NCBI GenBank assembly: GCA_017987895.1
Contig: JAGNSU010000004.1
Location: forward strand, 24,773 to 88,772
Source: Flavobacteriales bacterium
GTDB lineage: Bacteria > Bacteroidota > Bacteroidia > Flavobacteriales_F > PHOS-HE28
Length of the DNA: 64,000 nt
Direction: 5' to 3'
The notes beneath the pieces are model-generated. The model was not told the origin of the DNA. It saw nothing but the letters and a program-made list of their open reading frames with translations, and did not search any database. The position numbers were made by a program, and so were the translations under genes. Positions within the stretch are counted from its first letter, which is position 1. The number at the start of each line of letters is the position of its first letter. Of this stretch, positions 1 through 9,973 are shown piece by piece.

Positions 1-1786
1 CGCGACCCCGCTCGAAAAGACGCAGATCCCGGCGTTGCCGAGCCAGGTTGTGGGCCGCGGCCTGGAGCGCACCGAAAAGCAACGAGGGACGCAACGTATC
101 GAGCTCCGCACTGAGCGGGTTCAGCAAATGGACATGGTCCTTGGGATCCGCAGCGCCAAGTCCAGCGCTCGATGTGCCGTTCACCAGCGAAGGGGTCATG
201 ATCTCTCTGAATCCGCGTGCGGCCAGATGATCCGCCAGCGCTCCACCCGCTTCCGATGAGATCCCTTTGCGCAACGCAGCGGGCGGTACTTGGAGCCTTG
301 CGGGCAACGGCACCCGATCGAACCCGTGGATGCGGAGCACTTCCTCCACCAGATCGGCCTCGCGATGGACGTCCGTGCGATAGGGCGGGACCCGCACCAA
401 CAGGTCGGAACCGCTGCGGTCGGCGATCCGGCATTCGAGCAGTTCCAGGATCCCCACCACTTCGTCCATGGCGAACGCAAGACCGGTGAGCCGCTCGAGG
501 TTCTTCAAGTGCAACCGCACTTCACGCCAGGGTCGCGGATGCGGATACGCATCGACCACCGTCCCCACCGGTCGTGCACCGGCCACCTCCATGAGCAACA
601 GCGCGGCGCGTTCCAGTGCGAAGCGCGTGATCTCCGGATCAGCGCCACGCTCAAAGCGGAAGGAAGCGTCCGTATGGAGCGCGTGACGTTTGGCCGTCCG
701 ACGGATGCTCACGGGATCGAAGCAGGCGCTCTCCAAGAAAACGGTGGTCGTGCCATCGCTCACCCCACTGCCAACGCCGCCATATACCCCGGCGATGCAA
801 AGCCCACCAACGGGATCGGTGATCATCAGATCCTCCTCGTTCAACGTGCGCTCGGTCCCGTCCAAGGTGGTGAACCGGGTGCCAGCGGGAAGATGGCGTA
901 CCAGGATCCGACCTTCGTGGATCCGCGCGGCATCGAAGGCATGGAGCGGCTGGCCCAGCTCATGCTGAACGAAGTTGGTCACATCCACCACGTTGTTGAT
1001 CGGCTTCGAACCGATGCTGCGCAACCGCTCCTGCAACCACGCTGGTGAGGGGGCGACATGCACTTCGGCGAGCGTGAGGCCGCAATAGCGCGGGCACACA
1101 TGCGGGTTCTCCACTTCCACCGCGATCGCCTTACCCGCCCCCCCATCGCGGAACGCGGAGACATCAGGTGGTTGGGGCCGGAGGTTACGACCCGTGCGGT
1201 GACGCAAGGCAACAACGAGGTCGCGGGCCACACCGAAATGCCCGAGCGCGTCGGAGCGGTTGGGTGTAAGACCGATCTCCAGCACATGGTCCGTACGCAA
1301 ACCAAGATACTCGGCCGCCGGGGTCCCTGGCTTGGCCGAGGGGTCGAGGACCATGATACCCGCGTGGCTCTGACCCAGTCCGAGCTCATCCTCGGCGCAG
1401 ATCATCCCATGGCTTTCCGATCCGCGGATCTTGGTCTTCTTGATCGTCACATCGCCTTCGGCCATATGGAGGGTGGCCCCCACCGTGGCCACCAGCACTT
1501 TCTGACCCGCCGCCACGTTCGGGGCCCCGCAGATGATCTGGACCGGACCATCGGTCCCCTGATCCACCAGACACACGCTCAGCCTGTCCGCGTCAGGATG
1601 CTTGGTGCATTCCTGCACATGACCGACCACCACACCTTGGAGCATGCCCTTGACCGGTTCGAGCAGCTCCACGCTTTCCACCTCCAGACCTGTGCTGGTC
1701 AATACCTCGGCGGACTCCTGCACGGAGAGATCCGCGGATCCATCCGTAGCGATCAGTGTGCGGAGCCAGTTCCAGGAAATGCGCAT
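1..1786 (-). CDS. pheT: Phenylalanine--tRNA ligase beta subunit (partial; C-terminal part lies beyond the window start)
   Basis: Reverse-complement translation from 1786 gives MRISWNWLRTLIATDGSADLSVQESAEVLTSTGLEVESVELLEPVKGMLQGVVVGHVQEC, the canonical PheT N-terminus (M-I-SWNWL). The ORF runs off the window edge, so it is absent from the ORF track. Confidence 0.85.
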   Translation of the reverse strand, partial: MRISWNWLRTLIATDGSADLSVQESAEVLTSTGLEVESVELLEPVKGMLQGVVVGHVQECTKHPDADRLSVCLVDQGTDGPVQIICGAPNVAAGQKVLVATVGATLHMAEGDVTIKKTKIRGSESHGMICAEDELGLGQSHAGIMVLDPSAKPGTPAAEYLGLRTDHVLEIGLTPNRSDALGHFGVARDLVVALRHRTGRNLRPQPPDVSAFRDGGAGKAIAVEVENPHVCPRYCGLTLAEVHVAPSPAWLQERLRSIGSKPINNVVDVTNFVQHELGQPLHAFDAARIHEGRILVRHLPAGTRFTTLDGTERTLNEEDLMITDPVGGLCIAGVYGGVGSGVSDGTTTVFLESACFDPVSIRRTAKRHALHTDASFRFERGADPEITRFALERAALLLMEVAGARPVGTVVDAYPHPRPWREVRLHLKNLERLTGLAFAMDEVVGILELLECRIADRSGSDLLVRVPPYRTDVHREADLVEEVLRIHGFDRVPLPARLQVPPAALRKGISSEAGGALADHLAARGFREIMTPSLVNGTSSAGLGAADPKDHVHLLNPLSAELDTLRPSLLFGALQAAAHNLARQRRDLRLFERGR

Positions 1787-1869
1787 GAGCGGAGACTTGT
1801 TGAACGCCCCCTCGCGGCGGGCGGCCGCGAAGGTAGAAAGGCAGGTGCGCGCCCATACCTTGGGGGCGT

Positions 1870-3126
1870 ATGGAATACATCGTGCTCTCGATACCGCTCT
1901 TCTTCGTGCTCATCGGGGCTGAACTGCTCTGGAGCTGGCGGAGCGGCAAGCAGGTGTACCGCCTGAACGACTTCGTGTCGAACCTGGGCTGTGGGATCGG
2001 TTCACAGGTGGTGGGGGCGTTCACGAAGACCTTCATATTCGCGGCCTACTTGTGGACCTATGACCACTGGCGGGTCTTCACGTTGGAGAACACAGCGCTG
2101 ACAGCACTGGCCGCCTTCCTTTTGATCGACCTGTTGTACTACTGGTTCCATCGACTGAGCCACGAGGTGGGCTTCCTCTGGGCCGCGCATGTGGTACACC
2201 ACCAGAGCGAGGAGTACAACCTGAGCGTGGCCTTGCGGCAAAGCTGGTTCCAGGGCCTGTTCAGTTGGTGGTTCTACCTGCCGTTGGCGGTCATGGGTAT
2301 CCATCCCATCATGATCCTCACGGTGGGGGCCGTCGTCACGCTTTACCAATTCTGGATCCACACCAAGGCGTTGGGGAAGCTGGGACCGTTGGAACTGGTG
2401 CTGAACACACCCAGCCATCACCGGGTGCATCACGGCAGCGATCCGAAGTACATCGACCGCAACCATGCGGGCACTTTGATCGTGTGGGACAAGATCTTCG
2501 GCACCTTCCAAGGCGAGGAAGAGGAACCCGTCTACGGCATCACCAGCACCCTCACCACGTGGGATCCCGTGAGCGCCAACCTGCGGACCTGGTCGGAAAT
2601 GGCGGACCTGGCGAAGCGATGCCCACGCTGGCAGGACAAAGCGCGCGTCTTCCTGAAGCCGCCAGGCTGGCGGCCTGCGGACCTCGGGGGTCCGCAACAT
2701 CCAGTGCAACGCGACCGGGTGAGCTATCACAAGTTCGATACGCAGGTACCACGCGCGGTAGCCCGCTATGTGCTCGCGCAGTTCTGGGTGCTGATAGGGC
2801 TCGCTGCGGTCTTCCTCTTCCGCCAGGAAATGCTCGGGCCTTTCTACGAATGGAGCATGGCCGGGCTGATCATCCTTTGGATCATGGGATTGGGACTGCT
2901 TCTGGACGGCAAGCGTTGGGCGTTATGGATGGAAGCGCTGCGTATCCTGTCACTCGCGGTGCTGGTCTTCCTTGGCCGGGACGATCTCCCGGGCACCCCC
3001 TGGATGGTGGGGGCCGAACTGGTTTGCTTGGTTTCGGGGGTCTGGCTGTGGCGGATAGGCCGCTCCATGAAGGCGGGTGTCGATGGTTATCTTGGCGCGG
3101 CCCCGCACCCCGTTCCGCCCACATGA
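1870..3126 (+). CDS. Fatty acid hydroxylase superfamily membrane protein (sterol desaturase / alkylglycerol monooxygenase-like), 418 aa
   Basis: Eight-histidine di-iron motif HRLSHE, HVVHH, HHRVHH; multiple TM helices; long hydrophobic C-terminal extension. Confidence 0.75.
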   Translation: MEYIVLSIPLFFVLIGAELLWSWRSGKQVYRLNDFVSNLGCGIGSQVVGAFTKTFIFAAYLWTYDHWRVFTLENTALTALAAFLLIDLLYYWFHRLSHEVGFLWAAHVVHHQSEEYNLSVALRQSWFQGLFSWWFYLPLAVMGIHPIMILTVGAVVTLYQFWIHTKALGKLGPLELVLNTPSHHRVHHGSDPKYIDRNHAGTLIVWDKIFGTFQGEEEEPVYGITSTLTTWDPVSANLRTWSEMADLAKRCPRWQDKARVFLKPPGWRPADLGGPQHPVQRDRVSYHKFDTQVPRAVARYVLAQFWVLIGLAAVFLFRQEMLGPFYEWSMAGLIILWIMGLGLLLDGKRWALWMEALRILSLAVLVFLGRDDLPGTPWMVGAELVCLVSGVWLWRIGRSMKAGVDGYLGAAPHPVPPT

Positions 3127-3863
3127 ACCTCTCCGATCCGCGCAGGAACCCGCTCCTCAACGGCGTAGCCTACGGCCTGGCGTTGCTGGGCACATTGGTT
3201 GGCATGGTGCAGGGCTGGCAGGGTCTGGTGTACTTCTGCAAGCCGCTGTTGATGATCGTGCTGTCGCTGTGGTTCTTCTACAGCAGCCGTCGCGTGGGCG
3301 ACCGGTTCACACTGCTGGTGCAAGCGGGCCTATTCTTCTCGTTGCTCGGTGATGTCGCCTTGATGTTCCAACATTTGGACGAGTTCAATTTCCTGATCGG
3401 CCTTGCGGCGTTCATGATGGCGCAGATCTGCTATGCGATGGCCTTCGCGCAGAACGCGATCGATGTCGGCGAAGCCAACGGTCTGCTCGTTTCCTTGATA
3501 CTCACCGTGCTCGTGGCGGCCTATGGGTTCTTCTTCGCCTACGACCTGCTGCCCTACCTGGATGATGGCCTGCTGCTACCGGTGGTGGCTTACGCGATCG
3601 CGATCACCATCATGGGCTGCGCTGCGGCGTTCCGCTTCCGACGCACGTTCCCGCGTAGCTTTTGGATGGTGTTCGTCGGCGCGGTCCTGTTCATCGCATC
3701 GGACAGCCTGTTGGCACGCAACCGCTTCGTACATCCGTTCGAGTGGGCGGACGTACTGGTGATGCTCAGCTACGGCGTAGCGCAATATCTGGTCGTTGCG
3801 GGCTGCCTCGTGCATGTGCTCGCCCCCGACGAACTGCGGCGGCGGCAGGCCCTACGTACCTGA
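3124..3863 (+). CDS. YhhN family protein (lysoplasmalogenase / TMEM86-like), about 246 aa
   Basis: Polytopic membrane protein MNLSDPRRNPLLNGVAYGLALLG...; YhhN-like hydrophobic pattern with FLIGLAAFMMAQICYAMAF; start ATG overlaps the upstream stop (ATGA). Confidence 0.65.
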
Positions 3864-3873
3864 GGGGTCCGGT

Positions 3874-5976
3874 TCAACTGATCCTTCCCCACACCGTATT
3901 GTCACGGATCTGATCGCGCAAAGCCGCCGCCATACGCGTGTGGGCCGGAGCATTGAGGTCGGGGTCGGCATCCAGGATCCGTTGCGCCGCGGCACGGGCC
4001 TGGTGCAATAGTTCGGCATCTTGGACCAGATCGGCGAGCAGTAGTTCAGGCAGCCCGCTCTGCTGCGTGCCCATCAGATCGCCAGGGCCACGCAGACGCA
4101 GGTCCGTTTCGGCGATCTCGAACCCATCATTGGTGCGTACCATGGTGGCCAGGCGCGTGCGCGCGTCGTTGCCGAGCTTATCTGCGGTCATCAGGATGCA
4201 ATAGCTCTGTTCGGCACCACGCCCCACGCGGCCGCGAAGCTGGTGCAGCTGGCTCAATCCGAAACGATCGGCGTTCTCGATCACCATCACACTGGCATTG
4301 GGCACGTCCACGCCCACTTCGATCACTGTGGTGGCCACCAGCACGTTCGTCTCCCCTTTCTTGAAGCGCGCCATTTCGTAGTCCTTGGTGGCCTGGGGCA
4401 TACGGCCATGTACGATGCTCACCGCGTACTTCGGCAAGGGGAAGCGGCGGGAAATGCTCTCGAAGCCATCCGTCAGGTCCTTCAGGTCGCTCTTCTCGCT
4501 CTCCTCGATCAACGGGTAGACGACATAGATCTGCCGGCCCTTCGCGATCTCCTCTTCCATGAACGCGAAGACCGCATTGCGTGAAGAGTCGAAGCGATGC
4601 ACGGTCTTCACGGACTTCCTGCCAGGCGGCAGTTCATCGATCACGCTCACGTCCAGATCGCCATAGAGCGTCATGGCCAACGTGCGTGGGATGGGTGTGG
4701 CGGTCATCACCAGCACATGCGGTGGTACGGTGTTCTTAGCCCAGAGCTTCGCGCGCTGCGCCACGCCGAAACGGTGCTGCTCATCGATCACCACCAGGCC
4801 GAGGTTCTTGAACACGACGGGATCCTCCAGCAGGGCGTGCGTGCCGATCAATATGTGGATATGCCCCTCGCGTAGCGCCAACAGCAAGCTCTTCCGCTCG
4901 GCGCTCTTGCTGCTTCCAGTCAGCAACCGGACCTGCACCGGCATGCCATCGAGCATGCGCGAGAAGGTGGCGAAGTGCTGTTGCGCGAGGATCTCCGTCG
5001 GAGCCATCAAGGCCGCCTGGAAGCCGTTGTCGAGCGCGATCAACATACACAACAGGGCCACCAAGGTCTTGCCACTGCCCACGTCGCCCTGCACCAGGCG
5101 GTTCATTTGGTGCCCGCTGCCCAGGTCGCGGCGGATCTCCTTCACCACGCGCTTCTGGGCGCTGGTCGGCTCGAATGGCATGTGCTCCTTGTAGAACGTG
5201 TTGAAGTGGTCGCCCACCTTGTCGAAGCGGGATCCGGCGAGTTGCTGCTGTAGCTGATGCTTTTGCTGCAACAACCGCAGTTGGATGAAGAACAACTCTT
5301 CAAATTTCAGGCGGCGCAATGCCTCGTCCAGCTTGTGCTGGTCCTTGGGCAGATGCACATGGCGAAAGGCTTCTTCCCTGCTGATCCCGCCGAGCCATTG
5401 GATCAACTCGGCGCTCAAGGTCTCACCGATGCGTAGCTCGGGCATGAGGAACAACGCCTTGGTGAGCTTGCCGATGCTACGGCCGTTGAGACCCTTCGCA
5501 GTGGCCTTCTCGGTAGTACTATACACGGGCTGCAAAGCGGCATCGAGGCCCGCCTCCCAGGTGCTCGCGGCCTCCATTTCCGGGTGGGCCAGGTTCGGCC
5601 TGCCGTTGAAAGTGGAGGCTTTCCCGAACACGATGAACTCCTGCCCTTCCTTCAGCGAACCCTGCAACCACTTGATCCCTTTGAACCAGACCAGTTCGAT
5701 GGTGCCACTCGCATCGGTGAGCTTGGCGGTCAGGCGGCGACCTTGCTTCTCCCCCCGCGTCACCACCTGGCTCAACGTACCGCGCAATTGTACATAGGGC
5801 AGGTCCTCGTTCACCTCCTTCACCAACTGGAAGCGGCTGCGGTCGACATAACGGAACGGGAAATGGTGGAGAAGATCGCCGAACGTGGCGATGCCGAGCT
5901 CTTTGCGCAAAACCTCGCCACGTGCGGGGCCGACACCTTTCAGGTATTCGATCGGGGTGTCGAGGAAGCCTTGCAC
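3874..5976 (-). CDS. recG: ATP-dependent DNA helicase RecG
   Basis: 700-aa ORF; wedge domain plus DEAH helicase motifs (GDVGSGKT, DEQHRFG); typical RecG N-terminus MQGFLDTPIEYLKGVGP. Confidence 0.95.
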   Translation of the reverse strand: MQGFLDTPIEYLKGVGPARGEVLRKELGIATFGDLLHHFPFRYVDRSRFQLVKEVNEDLPYVQLRGTLSQVVTRGEKQGRRLTAKLTDASGTIELVWFKGIKWLQGSLKEGQEFIVFGKASTFNGRPNLAHPEMEAASTWEAGLDAALQPVYSTTEKATAKGLNGRSIGKLTKALFLMPELRIGETLSAELIQWLGGISREEAFRHVHLPKDQHKLDEALRRLKFEELFFIQLRLLQQKHQLQQQLAGSRFDKVGDHFNTFYKEHMPFEPTSAQKRVVKEIRRDLGSGHQMNRLVQGDVGSGKTLVALLCMLIALDNGFQAALMAPTEILAQQHFATFSRMLDGMPVQVRLLTGSSKSAERKSLLLALREGHIHILIGTHALLEDPVVFKNLGLVVIDEQHRFGVAQRAKLWAKNTVPPHVLVMTATPIPRTLAMTLYGDLDVSVIDELPPGRKSVKTVHRFDSSRNAVFAFMEEEIAKGRQIYVVYPLIEESEKSDLKDLTDGFESISRRFPLPKYAVSIVHGRMPQATKDYEMARFKKGETNVLVATTVIEVGVDVPNASVMVIENADRFGLSQLHQLRGRVGRGAEQSYCILMTADKLGNDARTRLATMVRTNDGFEIAETDLRLRGPGDLMGTQQSGLPELLLADLVQDAELLHQARAAAQRILDADPDLNAPAHTRMAAALRDQIRDNTVWGRIS

Positions 5977-6006
5977 GGAGCCGAAAGTAGGGGCCGGTGG
6001 ACCCGA

Positions 6007-6735
6007 TCACTTGGATCCGATCACCAGCAGATCACGCCGCAGCAATCCGTAGCGGAAGACATCCGCCGCAGGAAGCCGCGCGGCCATGTCGTCCACGGTG
6101 ACGATGAAGCCGGCCTCGCGTAATCGATCCATGTAGTCGCGGCCGTAGAGGCGTACATGGTCCGTTTGTCCGAACCGGCGGAAGCGCTCCTCTGGATCCG
6201 TCACCGAGGGATCCTCGTCCGTCGTCGGTCGGTCGGACATCGGGACTAGCAGGATGGCCGTTCCGCCCGGGCGCAATACGCGACATAGTTCCCGCATCGC
6301 GGTCCGATCCTCCGGCACATGTTCCAGCACATGCGAGCAGATGATCAGATCGAAGTGATCGTCCGGAAAGTCCAGGGCGGTGATGTCCAGGTCGATGGTG
6401 TCCGGTGGATAGCTGTATCCCGGCGCATGTTTGTCTCCGGCGATATAGGTAACACCCGGTGCTCTGCGGAGCATCTCCCGCAGTGATCGGTCCGGCGCCA
6501 CATGCAGGACGCGATGGCCGGGCTTGGGCAGTCCCCGTCTCTTTAGCGCCAACCCCATCATGCGTGTCCGTTCCAACGAACCGCAGAACGGGCACAGCGC
6601 ATGGGGTCTCGGCGGCGTTCCACTGGGGAGAAAGGCGATGGCCCCACGGTGGCAAAGCGGGCAGTGAACGGCATCGCCACGCAGCGCCAGGTCGCGCAAG
6701 CATCGCTTCAGTCCATTCGGTAACAGTGCGGCCAT
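6007..6735 (-). CDS. Class I SAM-dependent methyltransferase with N-terminal CxxC...CxxC zinc ribbon
   Basis: CPLCHRG...CPFCGS zinc-ribbon followed by VLHVAPDRS...DLIICSHVLEHV...LRPGGTAIL methyltransferase motifs. Confidence 0.7.
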   Translation of the reverse strand: MAALLPNGLKRCLRDLALRGDAVHCPLCHRGAIAFLPSGTPPRPHALCPFCGSLERTRMMGLALKRRGLPKPGHRVLHVAPDRSLREMLRRAPGVTYIAGDKHAPGYSYPPDTIDLDITALDFPDDHFDLIICSHVLEHVPEDRTAMRELCRVLRPGGTAILLVPMSDRPTTDEDPSVTDPEERFRRFGQTDHVRLYGRDYMDRLREAGFIVTVDDMAARLPAADVFRYGLLRRDLLVIGSK

Positions 6736-6800
6736 GGCGGAAAGGTAGCGGTGCCTACTTGTGCGGCACGAGGAAGGGGCGGCTACCTTCGGCGCGCATC

Positions 6801-7175
6801 ATGAACGCCCCTGACGGGAAGAACGAACGCCGCGAACGGTTCCGCCGGTTGGCGCACCTGCTCGCAGCGCTCGTTATCCTGCTGCACGGTTTCGCGGCGC
6901 TCGATCACCATGCCCACACCGCGTGGATCTTCTTCCTCTGCGGAACGGTCTTCCTCCTGCTCGCGCTCTTCCATCATCGCATCGAACGGCGCTGGCCCTA
7001 CGTCTCCCCCACCTTCCATTTCCTCGAGGCCATCGTGGCGGCCGTGATCTTCATGGAGTATGTGCATGCAGGAAAGAAGTACCTGCCGTACGTGGCCGTT
7101 CTGCCCGTGGTGCTTTACACGGTGCTGGGCATCTGGCGGATCATGCAAGTACGGAAGAAGACCACCGATCACTAG
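6801..7175 (+). CDS. Small hypothetical membrane protein (about 124 aa, 3–4 TM helices)
   Basis: In-frame ATG at 6801 within track ORF 6459..7175; hydrophobic segments LLAALVILLHGFAAL, IFFLCGTVFLLLALF, LPYVAVLPVVLYTVLGIW. Confidence 0.4.
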   Translation: MNAPDGKNERRERFRRLAHLLAALVILLHGFAALDHHAHTAWIFFLCGTVFLLLALFHHRIERRWPYVSPTFHFLEAIVAAVIFMEYVHAGKKYLPYVAVLPVVLYTVLGIWRIMQVRKKTTDH

Positions 7176-7181
7176 ATCGAA

Positions 7182-7826
7182 CTACTGCACGTAGTAGCTC
7201 ACCAGTTTCCGCCGGAAACCGCTGCCAGGCGAGTCCAGATAGACCATCTCGTCCTGGACGATCCCTACGCCTTGCCCGCGCAAATGGTGCATGGTCCTTG
7301 GCAGATAACCTGGAAGGGAGGCCTCCTTGTGCGTATCATAACAGGTGAAGGTTCCCGCAGGGACCGTATGCTGTACCTGATCGGGATCGGTGCTCCAGGT
7401 CATCGTGCCGTTCGGTGGGATCACCGCCTGAGCGAAGACAGAACCCAGATCCGAAAGGCTGAAGACGATGCCTCCGCTCAGACCAATGATGCAGTCCGCG
7501 GAATCGCGGAGCATGTAGCGGTAGCTTTGCGGATTGCCGGGGTTGTGCAACGGCCGGGTGCCTTGGAACACGGAGAACGTGTGGCCGTTCACCACCGAAT
7601 CACCGATCACCGTCACACTATCGGTGTAGGCGGTCGGTACTTCGGTACCGGCGCTGTCGTAGTACACAATGGCATAGACCCAGTAGTTGCCCACAGTGAG
7701 CGGCGCATACTCGAGCACCGACGCACTTTCTGCGGCCGGCGGTGGAAAGAACTGATGGGTTTCCTTCTTGCAGGCGAAAAGGAGCAGCGTTGTGGTGAGG
7801 GTGATGATCAGATTCTTCCGCATCAT
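7182..7826 (-). CDS. Hypothetical lipoprotein, paralog A of a three-member family
   Basis: Signal peptide plus lipobox LLLFAC; shares GNYWVY, DSADCI, TVPAGTF, GQGVGIV and PGSGF motifs with the ORFs at 7953..8582 and 9233..9874. Confidence 0.6.
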   Translation of the reverse strand: MMRKNLIITLTTTLLLFACKKETHQFFPPPAAESASVLEYAPLTVGNYWVYAIVYYDSAGTEVPTAYTDSVTVIGDSVVNGHTFSVFQGTRPLHNPGNPQSYRYMLRDSADCIIGLSGGIVFSLSDLGSVFAQAVIPPNGTMTWSTDPDQVQHTVPAGTFTCYDTHKEASLPGYLPRTMHHLRGQGVGIVQDEMVYLDSPGSGFRRKLVSYYVQ

Positions 7827-7952
7827 GGTTTTGGGGAATGATGCTTCACCAACGCCGGGCTGGATGCGCTGTTGCGCGGTTCGTCACTTGGTACAGTGCA
7901 CGAACGAGGAACGGTCGACGATGCGCTAGCTGCGCGGAATGAGATCCGCGGA

Positions 7953-8582
7953 TCAGACCAAATGATACCGCAGCAAGCGGTATTCAAAACCGGATCCGCT
8001 GATGTAGTAATGCACCCTCCGTAGGACCATGCCGATCCCTTGTTTCCAATAGCTCCTTGGGATCCGGTACTCGGGCGTTTCTGGGCCACCGAGTGAGGTC
8101 GGCACCGATCGAATCATGCGCGCGTTGAAGACGCCTGCCGGTACCGTAACGAAAACCGTTGCTCCGTAGGCTGTCCAATCGTTCTGGACCAACCCAGGGA
8201 AGATCTCCGTGCGGAAGATCCGATCCGTTAGCGAGTAGCAGAAGTACGCGCCTTCCCAGGCGTTCACGATGCAATCCACAGAGTCGCGCAAATAGTCCAC
8301 CGAAGTACCTCCCAGCGAAGTGATGGTGCGCAGCCGCGTCCAGTTCTCACCATTCATCAACGTATCTCCATCCACGAAGACACTGTCCTCGCGCAAGGGC
8401 TGTGCGGCGACCACGCCGCTGCTATCCACGGCATAGACCTCGTACACCCAGGAATTGCCCGCTTCAAGGTTGCTGTAGTCGCTAACGGTGATCGCAGCAC
8501 CTGGCCCTCCGTCCTCGCCCTTATGGCAGGCGGTGAGCAGCAAAATAGCCAAGGCCGAACAGAGGGGTGTGGTGTTTCTCAT
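7953..8582 (-). CDS. Hypothetical lipoprotein, paralog B
   Basis: Lipobox LLLTAC; motifs GNSWVYEVY, DSVDCI, TVPAGVF, KQGIGMV, SGSGF shared with paralogs A and C. Confidence 0.6.
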   Translation of the reverse strand: MRNTTPLCSALAILLLTACHKGEDGGPGAAITVSDYSNLEAGNSWVYEVYAVDSSGVVAAQPLREDSVFVDGDTLMNGENWTRLRTITSLGGTSVDYLRDSVDCIVNAWEGAYFCYSLTDRIFRTEIFPGLVQNDWTAYGATVFVTVPAGVFNARMIRSVPTSLGGPETPEYRIPRSYWKQGIGMVLRRVHYYISGSGFEYRLLRYHLV

Positions 8583-8683
8583 CGTGCGCGGTTGAAGTAC
8601 GCAACGCCACTCGAATTATTGCCCGCTTACAAGATCCGGAAAGGCAGACGGGACGCTCACGCCAGATATAGAGCCCGATCCGA

Positions 8684-9115
8684 TCACCAGATCCCCGGGC
8701 ACAGCCGCGCCACACCCGTCATGCGCTGCTGATAGTCCGGATGCCGAGCGGTGAGCAAGGCCTCTTCATGCCGCACCTTGATCGCCAGCACCACCAAGCA
8801 GACCGCAAGTGCGATCCACCGGGCCACGCTCGGTGCTCCGAACGCGACCGCCGCGCCGCACAACAACACAGCCGTGTACATGGGATGGCGCAGGAAGCGA
8901 TAGATGCCACGCTGCGATAAGGTGTTCGTGGCGCGTGGATCGGGAAGTATGGTGAAGTTGTTACCGCCGAGCGATACGACCGCCCATGTGAAGACCCAGA
9001 GACCCAATGCGAAGATCGCCCACGACCACCAAGGCAATTGCCAGCCGCCGCCTATGAGCAGCACCGCGATGGAACCGAATTGGCCGAGGACGAGAAGGAT
9101 AGAGCGCAAGGACAT
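8684..9115 (-). CDS. Isoprenylcysteine carboxyl methyltransferase (ICMT)/phospholipid methyltransferase family membrane protein
   Basis: TM helices plus the RHPMY motif typical of the ICMT/PEMT family; track ORF extends to 9178; likely start at MSLRSILLV (9115). Confidence 0.6.
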   Translation of the reverse strand: MSLRSILLVLGQFGSIAVLLIGGGWQLPWWSWAIFALGLWVFTWAVVSLGGNNFTILPDPRATNTLSQRGIYRFLRHPMYTAVLLCGAAVAFGAPSVARWIALAVCLVVLAIKVRHEEALLTARHPDYQQRMTGVARLCPGIW

Positions 9116-9232
9116 CAGCCTGCCAAAACTAGCGGGCACACGGATCACAGATCCGCGCGAGCTGAGGGTTCCGATCACAGACCCGCGCGAGCGGGGCAGG
9201 AGCCAGGGCGGTGCGCATCTGCTACCTGCTGA

Positions 9233-9874
9233 TCATTGCGCAGAGTACTCCACCAATCGTATGTCGCGACCAAGGGCCGTACTGGGATCGAACGACCTGA
9301 ACCGCACGAGGCCCACGCCTGCTGCCCAGTGGTAGGTCGGATACCTTTCTTCGGGCACCTGGTACGGCCCGATCGTCGTTACATGCCCTACCATCGCGAA
9401 GGACGCGAATGTCCCGGCCGGAACACTGAGGGCTACGGGTGTGGCATCAACGATGTAGTCCGCGTACAATACACCGGCAGTGGTATCCGTGCGGATGATG
9501 GTGCCGAACTGGCCGAACTGGAACAAGACCTCGTACTCGCTCACCAACTTGTCGCCATCGATACGTTGGTGCTGCACACCGTCCGGTGTTTGCCCCATGA
9601 AATAGGACACTCGCGCGTAGCTGATCCCGTCGATGATAGAATCTCCCGTGACCTCGGCCCGCCATAGCGTGGGCCATGTGTAGACATCGTTCCCAAGCGA
9701 GTCCAGATCCACGATCTCGTAGACCCAATAGTTGCCCACGGCGAGATGGCTGAAGTCGCTGATGGTCGGGGCCGCTCCAGGATCGGGGATCAGATCGGCA
9801 GCCTCCTCCTTCTTGCAGGAAGCGAGCGATGCGATGAACGCGAGTGCCAGTAAGGCTCTGCTCAGAGATGACAT
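9233..9874 (-). CDS. Hypothetical lipoprotein, paralog C
   Basis: Lipobox IASLASC; motifs GNYWVYEI, SVPAGTF, AAGVGLV shared with paralogs A and B. Confidence 0.6.
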   Translation of the reverse strand: MSSLSRALLALAFIASLASCKKEEAADLIPDPGAAPTISDFSHLAVGNYWVYEIVDLDSLGNDVYTWPTLWRAEVTGDSIIDGISYARVSYFMGQTPDGVQHQRIDGDKLVSEYEVLFQFGQFGTIIRTDTTAGVLYADYIVDATPVALSVPAGTFASFAMVGHVTTIGPYQVPEERYPTYHWAAGVGLVRFRSFDPSTALGRDIRLVEYSAQ

Positions 9875-9973
9875 GCAACAAGGTGGTGGTTGGACTACGC
9901 CGTAGCGCTCAACTTATTGCCCGTTCCGGAACGAGCGGGCACACGGATCAAGATCCGTGCGAGCGGGGGACGT

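Noticed and set aside
290-1966. Long + strand ORFs (290..1048, 1058..1966) at the window start
   Set aside because: They are antisense or out-of-frame shadows of the minus-strand pheT gene, whose N-terminus reads perfectly from 1786. Their translations are Arg/His/Gly-rich with no motif.
2265-3123. N-terminal 286 aa of the 532-aa track ORF 2265..3863
   Set aside because: This part overlaps the fatty-acid-hydroxylase gene in another frame and reads as low-complexity Arg/Gly/His. The real YhhN gene starts at the internal ATG at 3124.
6032-6703. Alternative 223-aa minus-strand ORF overlapping the methyltransferase
   Set aside because: Out-of-frame overlap; the 6007..6735 frame carries the methyltransferase motifs.
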